Positions 10,089 through 20,555 of a stretch of 64,000 nt of DNA are shown here, one piece after another. This DNA comes from a bacterium (GTDB lineage Bacteria > UBA8248). The notes below the pieces were generated by a model. That model did not search any database. It worked only from the letters and a program-made list of their open reading frames with translations, and was not told where the DNA came from. The position numbers and the translations under genes are program-made. The stretch is taken from the NCBI GenBank assembly GCA_965200245.1, contig CBDATS010000005.1:768001-832000 (forward strand), written 5' to 3'. Numbering within the stretch: position 1 is the stretch's first letter; each line of letters starts with the position of its first letter.

Positions 10089-11102
10089 TTAAACGCCGAA
10101 CAGCTTCTTGAACATCTTGCGCGTCGGCTTGTTCTTCTTCTTCAACTCGTCTCCACCGATGGCCATCAGATTGATGTCCTTGAGCGCCGGTAGTCCCTTG
10201 GGGTATTTCACATCGGGATTGCCCACATAGAGGAAGTAGTCCGCCAGAAGCTGCATGTTCTCCTTGCTGAACAGGTAATCCGTGAACACTTTCGCGGCGT
10301 TGGGATTCGGAGCTTTGGTGAAAATGCTGTTGGGCGAAGTCACCAACGCCAAGCCCTTGGGAGGAACGATGGGCTTGAGCGGCTCGCCTCTTTGCATCTG
10401 CTTGAGCAGGGCATAGGAAGTCGTGCCGGCACCCAGCCAGGCCTCCCCACGTGCGACAAGGGGAATGCCGCCAGCCGCGGATTGCACGATCTTCGGCTTT
10501 TGCTTGGCCATTTTCTTGTAGTAATCCCAGCCGAACCTGTTCACGATATTGATCATGCCGTTCGTGACGAACCCACTGTAACTCGGGTGCGAATGAACGA
10601 TTTTCCCCTTCCACTTGGGATCGAGGAAGTCGGCATATGTCTTCGGAGCGTCTTTCTCTTTGATTTTCTTGGTGTTGTAGAAAGGCATCAAAACGCCCGC
10701 GCGAAGAATCGTCCAGTAGTTGTCCTTGGTCACAAACTTCGGGTTGAATTTATCCGTCCCGGCAGGCTTGTAGGGCGTAATGATTTTCTTTGCTTTCAGG
10801 TTCAGGAAATGGCCCAGGTTCGACGTGTGAAGCACGTCAGCAACGAAAATGCCACCTTTGCGCTCCTGCAGATAACGACGATAGAGCTTGCCGGAACCGT
10901 CGCGGTGGAGGACGCACTGAACGCCCATTTTTTTCTTGTTGAAGTTGTTGCATACATGCTGTGCGATATTCAGGGTGACAGAGGAATACCAAGTGACTTT
11001 TCCCTCTTTCTTGGCAGCACGCATGGTTGCTTCATCCGCCGCAAACGCAGTTGCGCTCATAAAAGCGACCGCCATGAGACCAACAATAATTCCTTTCCAC
11101 AT
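10089..11102 (-). CDS. ABC transporter substrate-binding protein (AfuA/iron(III)/2-AEP-like family)
   Basis: Signal peptide MWKGIIVGLMAVAFMSATAFA, AAKKEGKVTWYSS, DFLDPKWKGK, APNPNAAKVF; start set at the second Met of MWKMWK. Confidence 0.88.
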   Translation of the reverse strand: MWKGIIVGLMAVAFMSATAFAADEATMRAAKKEGKVTWYSSVTLNIAQHVCNNFNKKKMGVQCVLHRDGSGKLYRRYLQERKGGIFVADVLHTSNLGHFLNLKAKKIITPYKPAGTDKFNPKFVTKDNYWTILRAGVLMPFYNTKKIKEKDAPKTYADFLDPKWKGKIVHSHPSYSGFVTNGMINIVNRFGWDYYKKMAKQKPKIVQSAAGGIPLVARGEAWLGAGTTSYALLKQMQRGEPLKPIVPPKGLALVTSPNSIFTKAPNPNAAKVFTDYLFSKENMQLLADYFLYVGNPDVKYPKGLPALKDINLMAIGGDELKKKNKPTRKMFKKLFGV

Positions 11103-11310
11103 TTTCCATTCTCCTCTGCTCGTGAAGTAACAGTTCAAAAAATAGAATGCGAAGAAACCAGATTTCCAGAATCTTCAGCGCACGTTCTATTCACCTGCCA
11201 ACCAATAAGCAAGATGCTTTACAAAAGGTGAGACAAATCGTATCAAAACTGCGTGCATCGTCAAGCAGACAAAATCGTGGGGATGAAACCTGCACCGCGA
11301 ACGTATGGTT

Positions 11311-12573
11311 TTATGGCCGTGAAGCCTGTGCTTCACCCTCCGGCGGCTTTTCGGCGGCGGAGAAACGCCGGGCGACAAAAATTGTGGCGACCGCTCCGAA
11401 GATGGCCACGACTCCCGGTCCGATAAACGCCCAGTTCCAGTTCACGGGCAGAGCACCTGATTCGTTGCTCATATCCAGAAATTTTCCCACCACCATGGGC
11501 GAGAGGGAGCCCAGCAAGAAACCTAACCCTGACTGGATACCCAGCGCCGAACCAAGGTGGCGTCTGGGCGTTAGTTCCGTGGTCAAGACCACCAGTACGG
11601 GAGCGTCTACGTGCATGACGATCACCCAAATCAGGCAAAGAAACTGTAAAACAGTGAACGGCACTCCGAAAGCGAATCCGATGGAAACTGAAATCAGACC
11701 ACTCAAAAACAGGCTCGCGACTATAGTGGGTGGCCTGCCGATGCGATCAGCGAACCATCCGCCGATGAGTTTCGAAATTGCGCTCAGGCCAATGATCAGA
11801 GCAGCGGATGTAGAAGCGAGGTGGAGTGCGCTCTCACGCGTCTCCGCACCCGTCATCACCAAAGATGCCGCCAGAAAGGTGACTATCCATCCCCTGAACG
11901 CGAACACTTCCCACCGGTGCGCTCCCACCACACCTATGAGCACCCACACGGTAGCCGGAAGCCTGGGCAATTCAAATCCAGTGTCTCCATCTCCCCTCGG
12001 TGAAGGCAAGGACGGAAGCAGAAACACCATGGCCAGGAAACCGGCGGCTGGCCCCAGAGAGGTAAGCGCGAATGCCGTGCGCCATTCGAAATTCGCGACG
12101 AACACGCCCGTCACGTAGATCGAGATGGCGACGCCAATGGTGTAAAAGAACGTATACACTCCGACCATCCGGGCGCGCCTTCCCTCCGGGGCGTATTCGG
12201 CCACCAGCCGAAGTGCAGGCGCATACGTGCCAGCCAGTCCCAAGCCCGTGAAACCCCGAAACACCGATGCGCTGATGAAACCATTGGCAAGAAGGGGAAA
12301 CATGAAATTCAGGAGGGCCAGCCAAAGGCTCGAGGCCAAATATATCTTTTTGGCGCTCATGTAATCCGTCGCAGTAGCCAGCACGGCGGAGGCAAGGATG
12401 TAACCCACGTAAAACGCCGTATAAATCGTACCGGCCTGCACATTCGTGAGATTCCACTCTGCCTTGAACAGCGGAAGCGCCGCCACATAGTTCGCATAGA
12501 CGAACATCATTGGCACCTGGGCCGCGCAAATCGCCCAAAGCCAATGGGTCGATGCTTCGTCGCGCTTCGTCAT
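11311..12573 (-). CDS. MFS transporter
   Basis: About 12 TM segments; GWFADRIGR motif; start set at MTKRDE. Confidence 0.85.
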   Translation of the reverse strand: MTKRDEASTHWLWAICAAQVPMMFVYANYVAALPLFKAEWNLTNVQAGTIYTAFYVGYILASAVLATATDYMSAKKIYLASSLWLALLNFMFPLLANGFISASVFRGFTGLGLAGTYAPALRLVAEYAPEGRRARMVGVYTFFYTIGVAISIYVTGVFVANFEWRTAFALTSLGPAAGFLAMVFLLPSLPSPRGDGDTGFELPRLPATVWVLIGVVGAHRWEVFAFRGWIVTFLAASLVMTGAETRESALHLASTSAALIIGLSAISKLIGGWFADRIGRPPTIVASLFLSGLISVSIGFAFGVPFTVLQFLCLIWVIVMHVDAPVLVVLTTELTPRRHLGSALGIQSGLGFLLGSLSPMVVGKFLDMSNESGALPVNWNWAFIGPGVVAIFGAVATIFVARRFSAAEKPPEGEAQASRP

Positions 12574-12732
12574 GGAAAGTCCCCGGTCACAAAATAAAAA
12601 GAGAAAAAAAGAGGATAATGGATTCGATTCTCTCTGGCGAGATAACGCGCTTTCCCTCTCCCGACTATCCAAAAGCCAGGCTCCTGATGTAGTCTGTGTT
12701 CATATGAGATATTAATTTTACGGAACACGCGA

Positions 12733-13611
12733 ATGCCGACACCGATCATCGATTTTAGAGTCTCATGCCCTATTCCCGAAGGTCTGGACAGGTACCTGAA
12801 ACCGGTGGGCCGATTTGCGGACTATGCCAAACATTATGGGGATAAGGTGTACGGCAATGAGGAAGAGCACCACTATATGGAGCCGGAGGAGTTCGTCGCC
12901 TTCCTGGACAAACAGGGAGTGGACAAGGCGGTGATCAAGACCTCCGACATGACGACGATATCGGGCACGAAATTTCCTGCCGATGCCTTGCACGAATACA
13001 TCAAGGATTACCCGGACCGCCTAATTGGAACGGCCGGGTGCGACCCGTTCCGCGGTATGGACGCACTGCGCGATCTGGAGCGCGACGTGAAGGAGTATGG
13101 ACTCCGAGGCGTGAACATGGGGCCATGGGAACTCGGTCTCCATGCGAACGACAAGAAATTCTACCCCATTTACGCCAAATGCGTGGAGTTGGACATTCCC
13201 GTTATGCTCCACACGTCAATGAATCTTTCCAGTTCAAATCTGCTCGATTTCGGGCGTCCGATCTATCTGGACGAGGTAGCGAAGGATTTTCCCGAACTCC
13301 GCATCGTGGCAGTGCACGGGGGCTGGCCCTGGATACTGGAGATGATCGCGGTAAGCTGGAGACACCCCAACCTGTATATAGAAGTCAGCGGCACGATGCC
13401 CAAATATATCGCCACGCCTGATACCGGCTGGGAGCCTCTGCTCCGCTACGGGAATTCGGTACTCAAGAACAAGATTCTCTGGGCTTCGAACTGGCCGATG
13501 ATCAGCCCAAGTGAAAGCCTGGCGGAGCTCGAGAAGTTCCCGCTCAAAGACGAAGTGAAACGACTCTGGTTCGGCGAAAACGCTCTAAAGGTCCTCGGAC
13601 TTGAAGAATAG
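12733..13611 (+). CDS. Amidohydrolase_2 family protein
   Basis: FYPIYAKCVELDIPVMLHT, LRIVAVHGGWPW, HPNLYIEVS, ILWASNWP. Confidence 0.85.
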   Translation: MPTPIIDFRVSCPIPEGLDRYLKPVGRFADYAKHYGDKVYGNEEEHHYMEPEEFVAFLDKQGVDKAVIKTSDMTTISGTKFPADALHEYIKDYPDRLIGTAGCDPFRGMDALRDLERDVKEYGLRGVNMGPWELGLHANDKKFYPIYAKCVELDIPVMLHTSMNLSSSNLLDFGRPIYLDEVAKDFPELRIVAVHGGWPWILEMIAVSWRHPNLYIEVSGTMPKYIATPDTGWEPLLRYGNSVLKNKILWASNWPMISPSESLAELEKFPLKDEVKRLWFGENALKVLGLEE

Positions 13612-13686
13612 GCACCGGCAGGCAAAGTAAACGAGGCCTTTCGCCTCCTCCCGTTCTTTCGTTTTGCTTCTCTCGTTCTGCGACGT

Positions 13687-14580
13687 TCAAGACGCCGCCA
13701 CTGCTTCTTCGACCAAGCCGTATTCCCTCGCGAACGCTTCCAGTTTTCTCATGTTGGCGTCAGAGGGCGCGCAGAGTGGCAGCCTGTATTCCAGTGCAAT
13801 GTACCCCATGATCGCCAAGGTCGCCTTGGCCGGAATCGGGTTCGTCTCGCAGAACATCATGTGGTTGAGTTCCCACATTTTGTAGTGCAACGCTTTCGCC
13901 GTTGCGGCATCTCCGTCAAGCTGAGCCTGGCACATCCTGGCCACGTCTGCGGGCGCGACGTTCGCCGTCACCGAAATCGTACCTACGCCACCCATTGCCA
14001 TCATCGGCAACGTGACAAAGTCATCACCTGAAAGCACGATAAAATCGTCCGGCACACAGGATATGATGTCGCAGCAGTTCGCCAAATTCCCGGTCGCTTC
14101 CTTAATGCCCACGATATTGGGAATCGTGGAGAGGCGTGCTACCGTGTCCGGCGCAATCTGCACCACCGTGCGACCCGGCACGTTGTAGAGCACGATCGGG
14201 ATGTCCGCCGATTCGGCAATAGCGCGGAAGTGTTGATAAAGCCCCTCCTGCGTAGGCTTGTTATAATAAGGTGCCACCAAGAGTGCACCGTCCGCACCGG
14301 CTCGCAAGGCGAACTGGGTGCGCTGAATGGCCTCGGCGGTACTGTTCGAACCGGAACCAGCGATGACCGGGACCCTTCCGTTTACCTGTTCGATCGTCAA
14401 CTCTATGACCCGGTCGTCTTCTTCATGGCTCAGCGTGGCGGATTCTCCCGTGGTGCCGCACGCCACAATTCCATGCGTTCCGTTTTCAATGTGAAATTCC
14501 ACCAGAGAGCGAATGCCCTCCTCGTCGAGCTTTCCGCCGCGAAACGGAGTCACCATCGCGACATAAGAACCTTTAAACAT
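13687..14580 (-). CDS. dapA: 4-hydroxy-tetrahydrodipicolinate synthase
   Basis: GTTGESATL, PYYNKP, YNVPGRT, GIKEA; AAGGAGG RBS before ATG 14580. Confidence 0.96.
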   Translation of the reverse strand: MFKGSYVAMVTPFRGGKLDEEGIRSLVEFHIENGTHGIVACGTTGESATLSHEEDDRVIELTIEQVNGRVPVIAGSGSNSTAEAIQRTQFALRAGADGALLVAPYYNKPTQEGLYQHFRAIAESADIPIVLYNVPGRTVVQIAPDTVARLSTIPNIVGIKEATGNLANCCDIISCVPDDFIVLSGDDFVTLPMMAMGGVGTISVTANVAPADVARMCQAQLDGDAATAKALHYKMWELNHMMFCETNPIPAKATLAIMGYIALEYRLPLCAPSDANMRKLEAFAREYGLVEEAVAAS

Positions 14581-14961
14581 GAGAAGACCTCCTTCTCCTT
14601 CCGCCCATGGCGGCAAAAAAGAATGTCATACCCTATTTTCGAGAGAACAAGCTTGAAACGCATCACCTTTGCGAACAAGGATTCGATCCAACACCCCTCC
14701 GATAGTAGGGATTTTATCAGAGCAACCGAACAGACGCAAGAAGTGGTGTGGAAGAGTAGTGGGTAGAATCGAGTTGTCACTACCAAATGGAAAGGCAACC
14801 ACAACGGAAAGGGGCTCCAGCCTCTCCAAAATCATTCCGTTTTGACAAACACGAGAAAAAAGTTTTTAATTGACTGACCGGAGTCCAGAAGGGGCAACAA
14901 TCATCCACTGGGCTCATTATGAAACCCGCCTTATCCGCCCGGGAAAATATAAGGGAAACGC

Positions 14962-16137
14962 ATGTATTCCGTTATGAGACTCGGTCGGCGATTCCGTCTT
15001 GCCATCGTTACGTTCGCACCGTTATTTGCATTTTTTCTCACGCTTGACGTCGATTCCGCATCTGCGCAACGAAAACGCCCGAAATCCGTCCCTTATCGCT
15101 CAATCCTGTTGATCGAGGCGAACACGGGACGCGTCCTGAAAGCGAAACACGAGCGGCTTCCCACGGAACCTGCCTCCATCGTAAAAATGATGACCGCCCT
15201 GATCGCGATGGAGCACGTGAATAGAAACACCATTCATCTTGAGGATATCATCACCACCAGTGCGAGCGCCTCGCGGATCGGGGGCCAGCAGGTGTATCTG
15301 AAGCAAGGGGAAAAATTTTCTCTGAGGGAATTGATGAAATCCATCATCATCAGTTCCGCAAACGATTCATCCTACGCCGTGGCGGAACATATCGCCGGAG
15401 ACACCGAAGCCTTCGTCGAAATGATGAACAAACGCGCCAAGGAACTCGGCATGACGGATACAATTTTCGTCAACGTAAACGGCCTTCCATCGGGCAAGAA
15501 CGAGCCGACCAATCAAATGAGCGCGCGCGACGCCGTCGTTCTGGCCCGCGAACTGATAAAATACCCGCTCATCATGAAGTGGAGCGCCACCAAGAATGCT
15601 CCATTCCGCAACGGGAGCTTCATATTGACCAACACAAACACCCTCCTCGGGCGTTTTCGCGGGATTGACGGACTCAAAACGGGCTATCACAGAAAAGCGG
15701 GATTCAGCATCGTCGCCACTGCCAAGCGTAAAAACCTGAGACTCATCACAGCCGTGATGGGCTCGAGCCACTCCAGACGTCGATTCAAAGAGGCGAAACG
15801 TCTGCTTGCATGGGGGTTCAATCAATTCAGCTGGCTCGATTTAGGCAAAATCAAAAAGCCGAAGATTAAGCAAATCAAAGTATCCAATGGCAAGAAACGG
15901 ATGGTACGCATCCGGCTCAAGGGAAGTGTCGAGGCGCTGGTGAGAAAGGGCGAGGGGAAAAAGATATCCATGAAGGTGGAGTTGCCGAAAGAGATTCCCG
16001 CTCCCGTCCGCGCTGGCCAAAAGGTGGGCCGTGTGACGTATGCTCTGCAAGGAAAGGAACTCGGTGGGGTCGACCTCGTGACTGTTGAATCGGTTGAAAA
16101 ATTGGGCTTTTTACAATCTTTGTTCCAGTTCCGCTAA
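14962..16137 (+). CDS. dacA: D-alanyl-D-alanine carboxypeptidase (PBP5/6, peptidase S11)
   Basis: SxxK (ASIVK), SAN, KTG motifs; C-terminal PBP5 domain. Confidence 0.92.
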   Translation: MYSVMRLGRRFRLAIVTFAPLFAFFLTLDVDSASAQRKRPKSVPYRSILLIEANTGRVLKAKHERLPTEPASIVKMMTALIAMEHVNRNTIHLEDIITTSASASRIGGQQVYLKQGEKFSLRELMKSIIISSANDSSYAVAEHIAGDTEAFVEMMNKRAKELGMTDTIFVNVNGLPSGKNEPTNQMSARDAVVLARELIKYPLIMKWSATKNAPFRNGSFILTNTNTLLGRFRGIDGLKTGYHRKAGFSIVATAKRKNLRLITAVMGSSHSRRRFKEAKRLLAWGFNQFSWLDLGKIKKPKIKQIKVSNGKKRMVRIRLKGSVEALVRKGEGKKISMKVELPKEIPAPVRAGQKVGRVTYALQGKELGGVDLVTVESVEKLGFLQSLFQFR

Positions 16138-16445
16138 ACGCACGAATCCTGGCAACTACTCTTGGCAATCTCACTCGCCCTGTCCATAACAGGCAAGGCG
16201 ACCACCGTGAACACGAGCATAAGACTCTCGGAATAGCCGAGTTGCATTCGAACACCCCGGCACTCAATAAACCCGCTGTCACGGCCAGTCTGCTCGCTAC
16301 CTGAAACCGCGTTTCCTCGAAAATTGCGCCCCTCGTTCCATTTTATCATGGCGGGCACGCAAACCATCAACAAACGAAAGGAGACAAGAGCAAAACCCCT
16401 GATTCGGTTGAAGCGCGCGATTTGATTTCCACTCTGTGGTGTCAC
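16138..16445 (-). pseudogene. Decayed C-terminal remnant of an O-antigen ligase (WaaL-like)
   Basis: Across a frameshift reads LAVTAGLLSAGVFECN / LGYSESLMLVFTVVALP, resembling the GLFExNFGDSEVxMLFW C-terminus of O-antigen ligases; lies directly downstream of msbA. Confidence 0.5.
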
Positions 16446-16462
16446 CTCCCGAATAAATCGAT

Positions 16463-18250
16463 CTATGTAATGTTCCCCCCGTTCGCAGCACTTTTCGTTT
16501 CACCGGAAAGGGACATTTCCTCGTTCACAAACTGCATCTTGTAGAGCCTACGGTACAAGCCGCCCTGCTTCATCAATTCATCGTGCGTCCCCCTCTCCAC
16601 GATTCGTCCCCCATCCAGCACGATGATCGCATCGGCGTTTCGAACCGTGGAGAGCCTGTGAGCCACCACGAACGTGGTGCGATCTTTCATCAGAGGCTCC
16701 AGGGCTTCTTGAATCAATTGCTCACTCTCCGTGTCGAGTGCACTCGTGGCCTCGTCGAGCAGCAAAATAGCAGGGTCTCTCAAAATCGCGCGCGCAATGG
16801 CGATGCGCTGGCGTTCCCCGCCGGACAGGCGCACCCCCTCCTCGCCCAGCAGAGTCTCATACCCGTTTTCAAGCTCCGCAATGAAATCATGGGCATTGGC
16901 CGCTTTCGCCGCCGAGACTACTTCTTCACGGCTGACGGGACTTTTTGCGCCATAGGAGATGTTGTTCGCCGCCGTATCGTTGAACAGGATCACCTGCTGG
17001 GTCACCACGGCGATCTGGGCGCGCAGGCTGTTCAGTGAATATACGGACGCCTCTTTGCCATCGAAGAAAATACTCCCCCGACCGGGCAGATAGAAACGCG
17101 GAATCAAATCCAGCAACGTACTTTTCCCTGCACCGCTCATTCCAACGACGGCCAGCGTGCATCCCGCCGGCACTTCAATGTTGATATCTTCCAGCGTCGC
17201 TTCGTCCGTGTAGGAAAAATAGACATGCTCGAATCGAATGTTTCCGGAAAGCTGCTCCATCACTTCGCCAGCGGGGTTCTTGTTCTCCGGAGCATGCTCG
17301 TCGAGAACCTCGAAAACCGACTGTCCCCCCGCAATGCCCTCCACAAGACTGTGAAACACGCGGGTGAAGGATTTCAACGGGTGGTAGGCCATGCCGAGGG
17401 CGACAGCGAAACTCGTCAGCTTTCCCGGATCCATGTTCCCCTGTATGACCGCCTGCGCGCCGAACCACAGAATTCCCGCTCCCATCAGGCCCCCGATGAT
17501 TTCCACTATGGGGGCCGCCAGCGAACGAACGCGCATGGCGCGCATGATGGTATCGAAAAAAGAACGGGTGGCGCGCATGAAACGAGCCTCTTCCGCATCT
17601 TCGGTTCCAAATGCCTTGACGACGCGAATACCTCCATAGGTTTCCTTCATGAGGCTGCTCATGTCCCCCATGCGCACCTGGGTCCTCCGCGTGATTCGGC
17701 GAATCTTCTCTCCCATCGTCAAAACCAGAACCGCCACCAAAGGGACGAGCACGATGAAGATCAGCGCCATTCGGGGACTCTGGTAAATCGCCACTCCGAG
17801 CAGGGCGATGAAGGTAAACCCGTTTCGGAGCAAATCCCGCACAGATTCCGTCGCCGCATGCTGCATCAAGGAGATGTCGTATATGACTTTCGACATCAAC
17901 TCTCCGGTCGTCTTCATCTCAAAAAAACGGAGCGGCAAATTCACGAGGTGGCGGTGAAGCTCGTTTCTGACATCCATCACCACATGCTGACCGACCCAAA
18001 GCATGTAATAGTTCTGGCAATACGCAGCAAAGCCTTTCACCGCATAGACGACGACGAGGGAGAGACAAATCAACAGGACGATGTCGGAACGCTTGGAGAT
18101 CAAGATATCGTTGATGACGTGCTGAACGAGGTACGCGGGATATGCATTGAGACCGCCCACGACGATTGTGCAGACTACGGCGACACCGAACCGAAACCAG
18201 TATGGCCGCAGGTATTCCAAGAGTCTGAGATACACCCGGGTACGGCTCAT
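16463..18250 (-). CDS. msbA: Lipid A-core flippase
   Basis: 6 TM segments + ABC domain (GMSGAGKS, LSGGERQR, LLLDEATSALD); LPS operon context. Confidence 0.9.
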   Translation of the reverse strand: MSRTRVYLRLLEYLRPYWFRFGVAVVCTIVVGGLNAYPAYLVQHVINDILISKRSDIVLLICLSLVVVYAVKGFAAYCQNYYMLWVGQHVVMDVRNELHRHLVNLPLRFFEMKTTGELMSKVIYDISLMQHAATESVRDLLRNGFTFIALLGVAIYQSPRMALIFIVLVPLVAVLVLTMGEKIRRITRRTQVRMGDMSSLMKETYGGIRVVKAFGTEDAEEARFMRATRSFFDTIMRAMRVRSLAAPIVEIIGGLMGAGILWFGAQAVIQGNMDPGKLTSFAVALGMAYHPLKSFTRVFHSLVEGIAGGQSVFEVLDEHAPENKNPAGEVMEQLSGNIRFEHVYFSYTDEATLEDINIEVPAGCTLAVVGMSGAGKSTLLDLIPRFYLPGRGSIFFDGKEASVYSLNSLRAQIAVVTQQVILFNDTAANNISYGAKSPVSREEVVSAAKAANAHDFIAELENGYETLLGEEGVRLSGGERQRIAIARAILRDPAILLLDEATSALDTESEQLIQEALEPLMKDRTTFVVAHRLSTVRNADAIIVLDGGRIVERGTHDELMKQGGLYRRLYKMQFVNEEMSLSGETKSAANGGNIT

Positions 18251-18354
18251 TCGTCATTCTCCGCAATATTGGAATCGTATAGCGGGCCTACCTGGCTCTG
18301 CACTGCGCATGGCTGGGGTGATTTCATAAGCACACGCTGAGGGTGTTCACGTCC

Positions 18355-19147
18355 TCAATACAGTTCCCACACAAGACGGTGCGCATGTACGCGTGACAGG
18401 CGGATTCTGCCAATACGCATAAACCCTTTAAGGCCCATCTTCAGGGAATAGCTCCTGAAAAAATGCAAGAGGACGGATGACGAAATCGGTGATACCGGGC
18501 TGCGCTCCGTGAAAAAACAATTCTTCCGTCGACAACCTAGCGAATTTCACCTGCTTTTGTAAAAACCGAAAAGCGAATCATCGCAGCTTTTAGCGATCCA
18601 AGGGGGATGCAAGTGCATCTACTCACCCTTTCGCCACCACGGACTTGCACACGCTTTTCTCGTTGAACAATCTGGCGTCTCGCCTGAACAATCGCCGTTC
18701 GCAATCCGGCCAAAGATCACCATGACGAGACCAGGAATCAAGGAATATGTTCTCCCGGGACACACAATGCCCATCACAAGGGCCATCGGCGGACAAAACG
18801 AAGAGAATTTCTTTCGCGAGTTCAGGACTTACGCACTCCTTCGCGTCCTGACTCAACATCCAGGAATGATTCGCCTTTGAGGAAACGAAATTTTGCGACG
18901 CACAACCTTGCCAGGGATTTTGAATAAACAACGCGCCATGTTCTCGGCAAATTTCCCGGGTGGCGTCTGCACTGCCCACATCCCCGACGAGGAACTCATG
19001 CGCCCGGGATGTGCTGTCGATACACGCGCCAACGCGCTTCGCTTCGTTTCGGACGATAATCGTGACGCTCACCGGTTTTCGTATCGATTTGAAAACAGGC
19101 TTGTTTCGCGCATCGGCTTCGGCAGACGTTTCCACCAAGCCGGACAT
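18355..19147 (-). pseudogene. GT2 LPS core glycosyltransferase (WaaE/KdtX-like) pseudogene
   Basis: SVTIIVRNEA, DVGSADAT, WMLSQDAKECVSPEL (DADE lost), WPD..RLFRR; premature TGA at 18623, further stops and a frameshift, then FRSYSLKMG...VWELY. Confidence 0.8.
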
Positions 19148-19151
19148 TTTC

Positions 19152-19349
19152 CTAACCTCTCCCCTCTGTTTTCTCCCACTCACCGAGCGGGATGGCTTCG
19201 TCTTCGAGCATAATCGGGATACCGTCTTCGATTTTATAGACAAGACCCGATTCCCGGGCGATCAAGTAATTCCCGTCCCCGCTCAACTCGAGCGGGGTCT
19301 TGGTGACGGGACAAGCCAATATGTCCAACAACTCCTTGTCGACACTCAT
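19152..19349 (-). CDS. ycaR: Trm112/YcaR family protein
   Basis: LLDILACPVTKTPL...YKIEDGIPIML.DEA. Confidence 0.9.
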   Translation of the reverse strand: MSVDKELLDILACPVTKTPLELSGDGNYLIARESGLVYKIEDGIPIMLEDEAIPLGEWEKTEGRG

Positions 19350-19441
19350 TTTCCGGTTATCTCCAATTTCCAATCAAACCCCTGAAAAACTGTTTTTTCT
19401 TTTTTGAAAGATCGCTAGTTTCGCATATTTCGCCATCTATT

Positions 19442-20491
19442 TCATGGGGCAGCCCGAAGACGGTTCAGCGCATCCATCGCATCTTCGATCCGCACGCGAT
19501 CCAGGCACTCGATATCGGGGCATTTTCTCGCATAGCAGTCGCTACAGGCGAGACGGTGATGCAAAACCGAATTCCCCTCTCCCCACGGACCGTTTCTCAC
19601 GGGTTTCGTGGGTCCCATAATCGCCAAGCATCGAACCCCCAAGGCAGCGGCAATGTGCAAAGGACCCGAGTCACCGCCGACAAAAAAAGAACCGCGCCGA
19701 ATCAGCGCCATCATTTCCCGAACACTCGTCGCGGGAGTAACGTGGGGCCGCGTTCTCGTGGCCGCGGTCACCTCCTCCACCATCTTTTCGTCCCCCGGAC
19801 CCCAAATCAGGAGAACATTTCCCAAGCCGCTTTCATGCCAGTAATCGGCGAGTTGCGCAAAACGGGCCGTGTCCCAGCGTTTTGTCACCCAACCGCCGCC
19901 AGGGTGAATCACTAGCAATGCAGCATCTCTGTGCATACCCACATTCTCAAGATACTTTTCCGCCCACTCACGCTCTTCTTTCGTTTCATGAAGCGGAAAG
20001 CGGTATTCATGTTTCGGAGGAGCTGGTAAGCCCAACGACTCCATGAAAGACAGGTTTTTCTCCACGACGTGGTGGGGACTTTCCGGCGGCTGCACGTGAT
20101 GTGTCGTGAAAAGCACGTTCATCCCCTCTCGGCAAAAACGATGCTCGAACCCGACGCGAACGGGCGCTCCCGACGCCCACGCCACAAAACCGCTTTTGAT
20201 CAGCCCCTGGGCGTCGACCGCCACGTCTGCACCTGCGTTCCTGACCGCCAACAAGTCGTGCCTGAGAGCAGAGAAACCGCCTGTGAGCACATTTTTCCGC
20301 CACACCCTGGTGTCGATAGTCAGGATTTCGTCGATATCCGGATTTTCCAGAAGCACTTCCCCCGGGACTGGCTCGACCACCCAAGTGATGTGAGAATCGG
20401 GCCGTGCATCCTTGATGGCCGACGCCAAGGGAAGGGTATGGACAACGTCGCCTATCGCTCCCAAGCGGACAATGAGGAAACGCTCACCCAT
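19442..20491 (-). CDS. waaC: LPS heptosyltransferase I (GT9)
   Basis: LIVRLGAIGDVVHTLP, DAQGLIKSG, GGDSGPLHIAAA, GPT. Confidence 0.85.
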   Translation of the reverse strand: MGERFLIVRLGAIGDVVHTLPLASAIKDARPDSHITWVVEPVPGEVLLENPDIDEILTIDTRVWRKNVLTGGFSALRHDLLAVRNAGADVAVDAQGLIKSGFVAWASGAPVRVGFEHRFCREGMNVLFTTHHVQPPESPHHVVEKNLSFMESLGLPAPPKHEYRFPLHETKEEREWAEKYLENVGMHRDAALLVIHPGGGWVTKRWDTARFAQLADYWHESGLGNVLLIWGPGDEKMVEEVTAATRTRPHVTPATSVREMMALIRRGSFFVGGDSGPLHIAAALGVRCLAIMGPTKPVRNGPWGEGNSVLHHRLACSDCYARKCPDIECLDRVRIEDAMDALNRLRAAP

Positions 20492-20555
20492 CCGTAGCCC
20501 CTTTTTCGATGCGCCCGGAAACCTTCTCCGGCTTGCAGTCCGTTCACGTTGATGT

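Noticed and set aside
14600-14900. Lysine riboswitch upstream of dapA
   Set aside because: No recognisable L-box consensus motifs.
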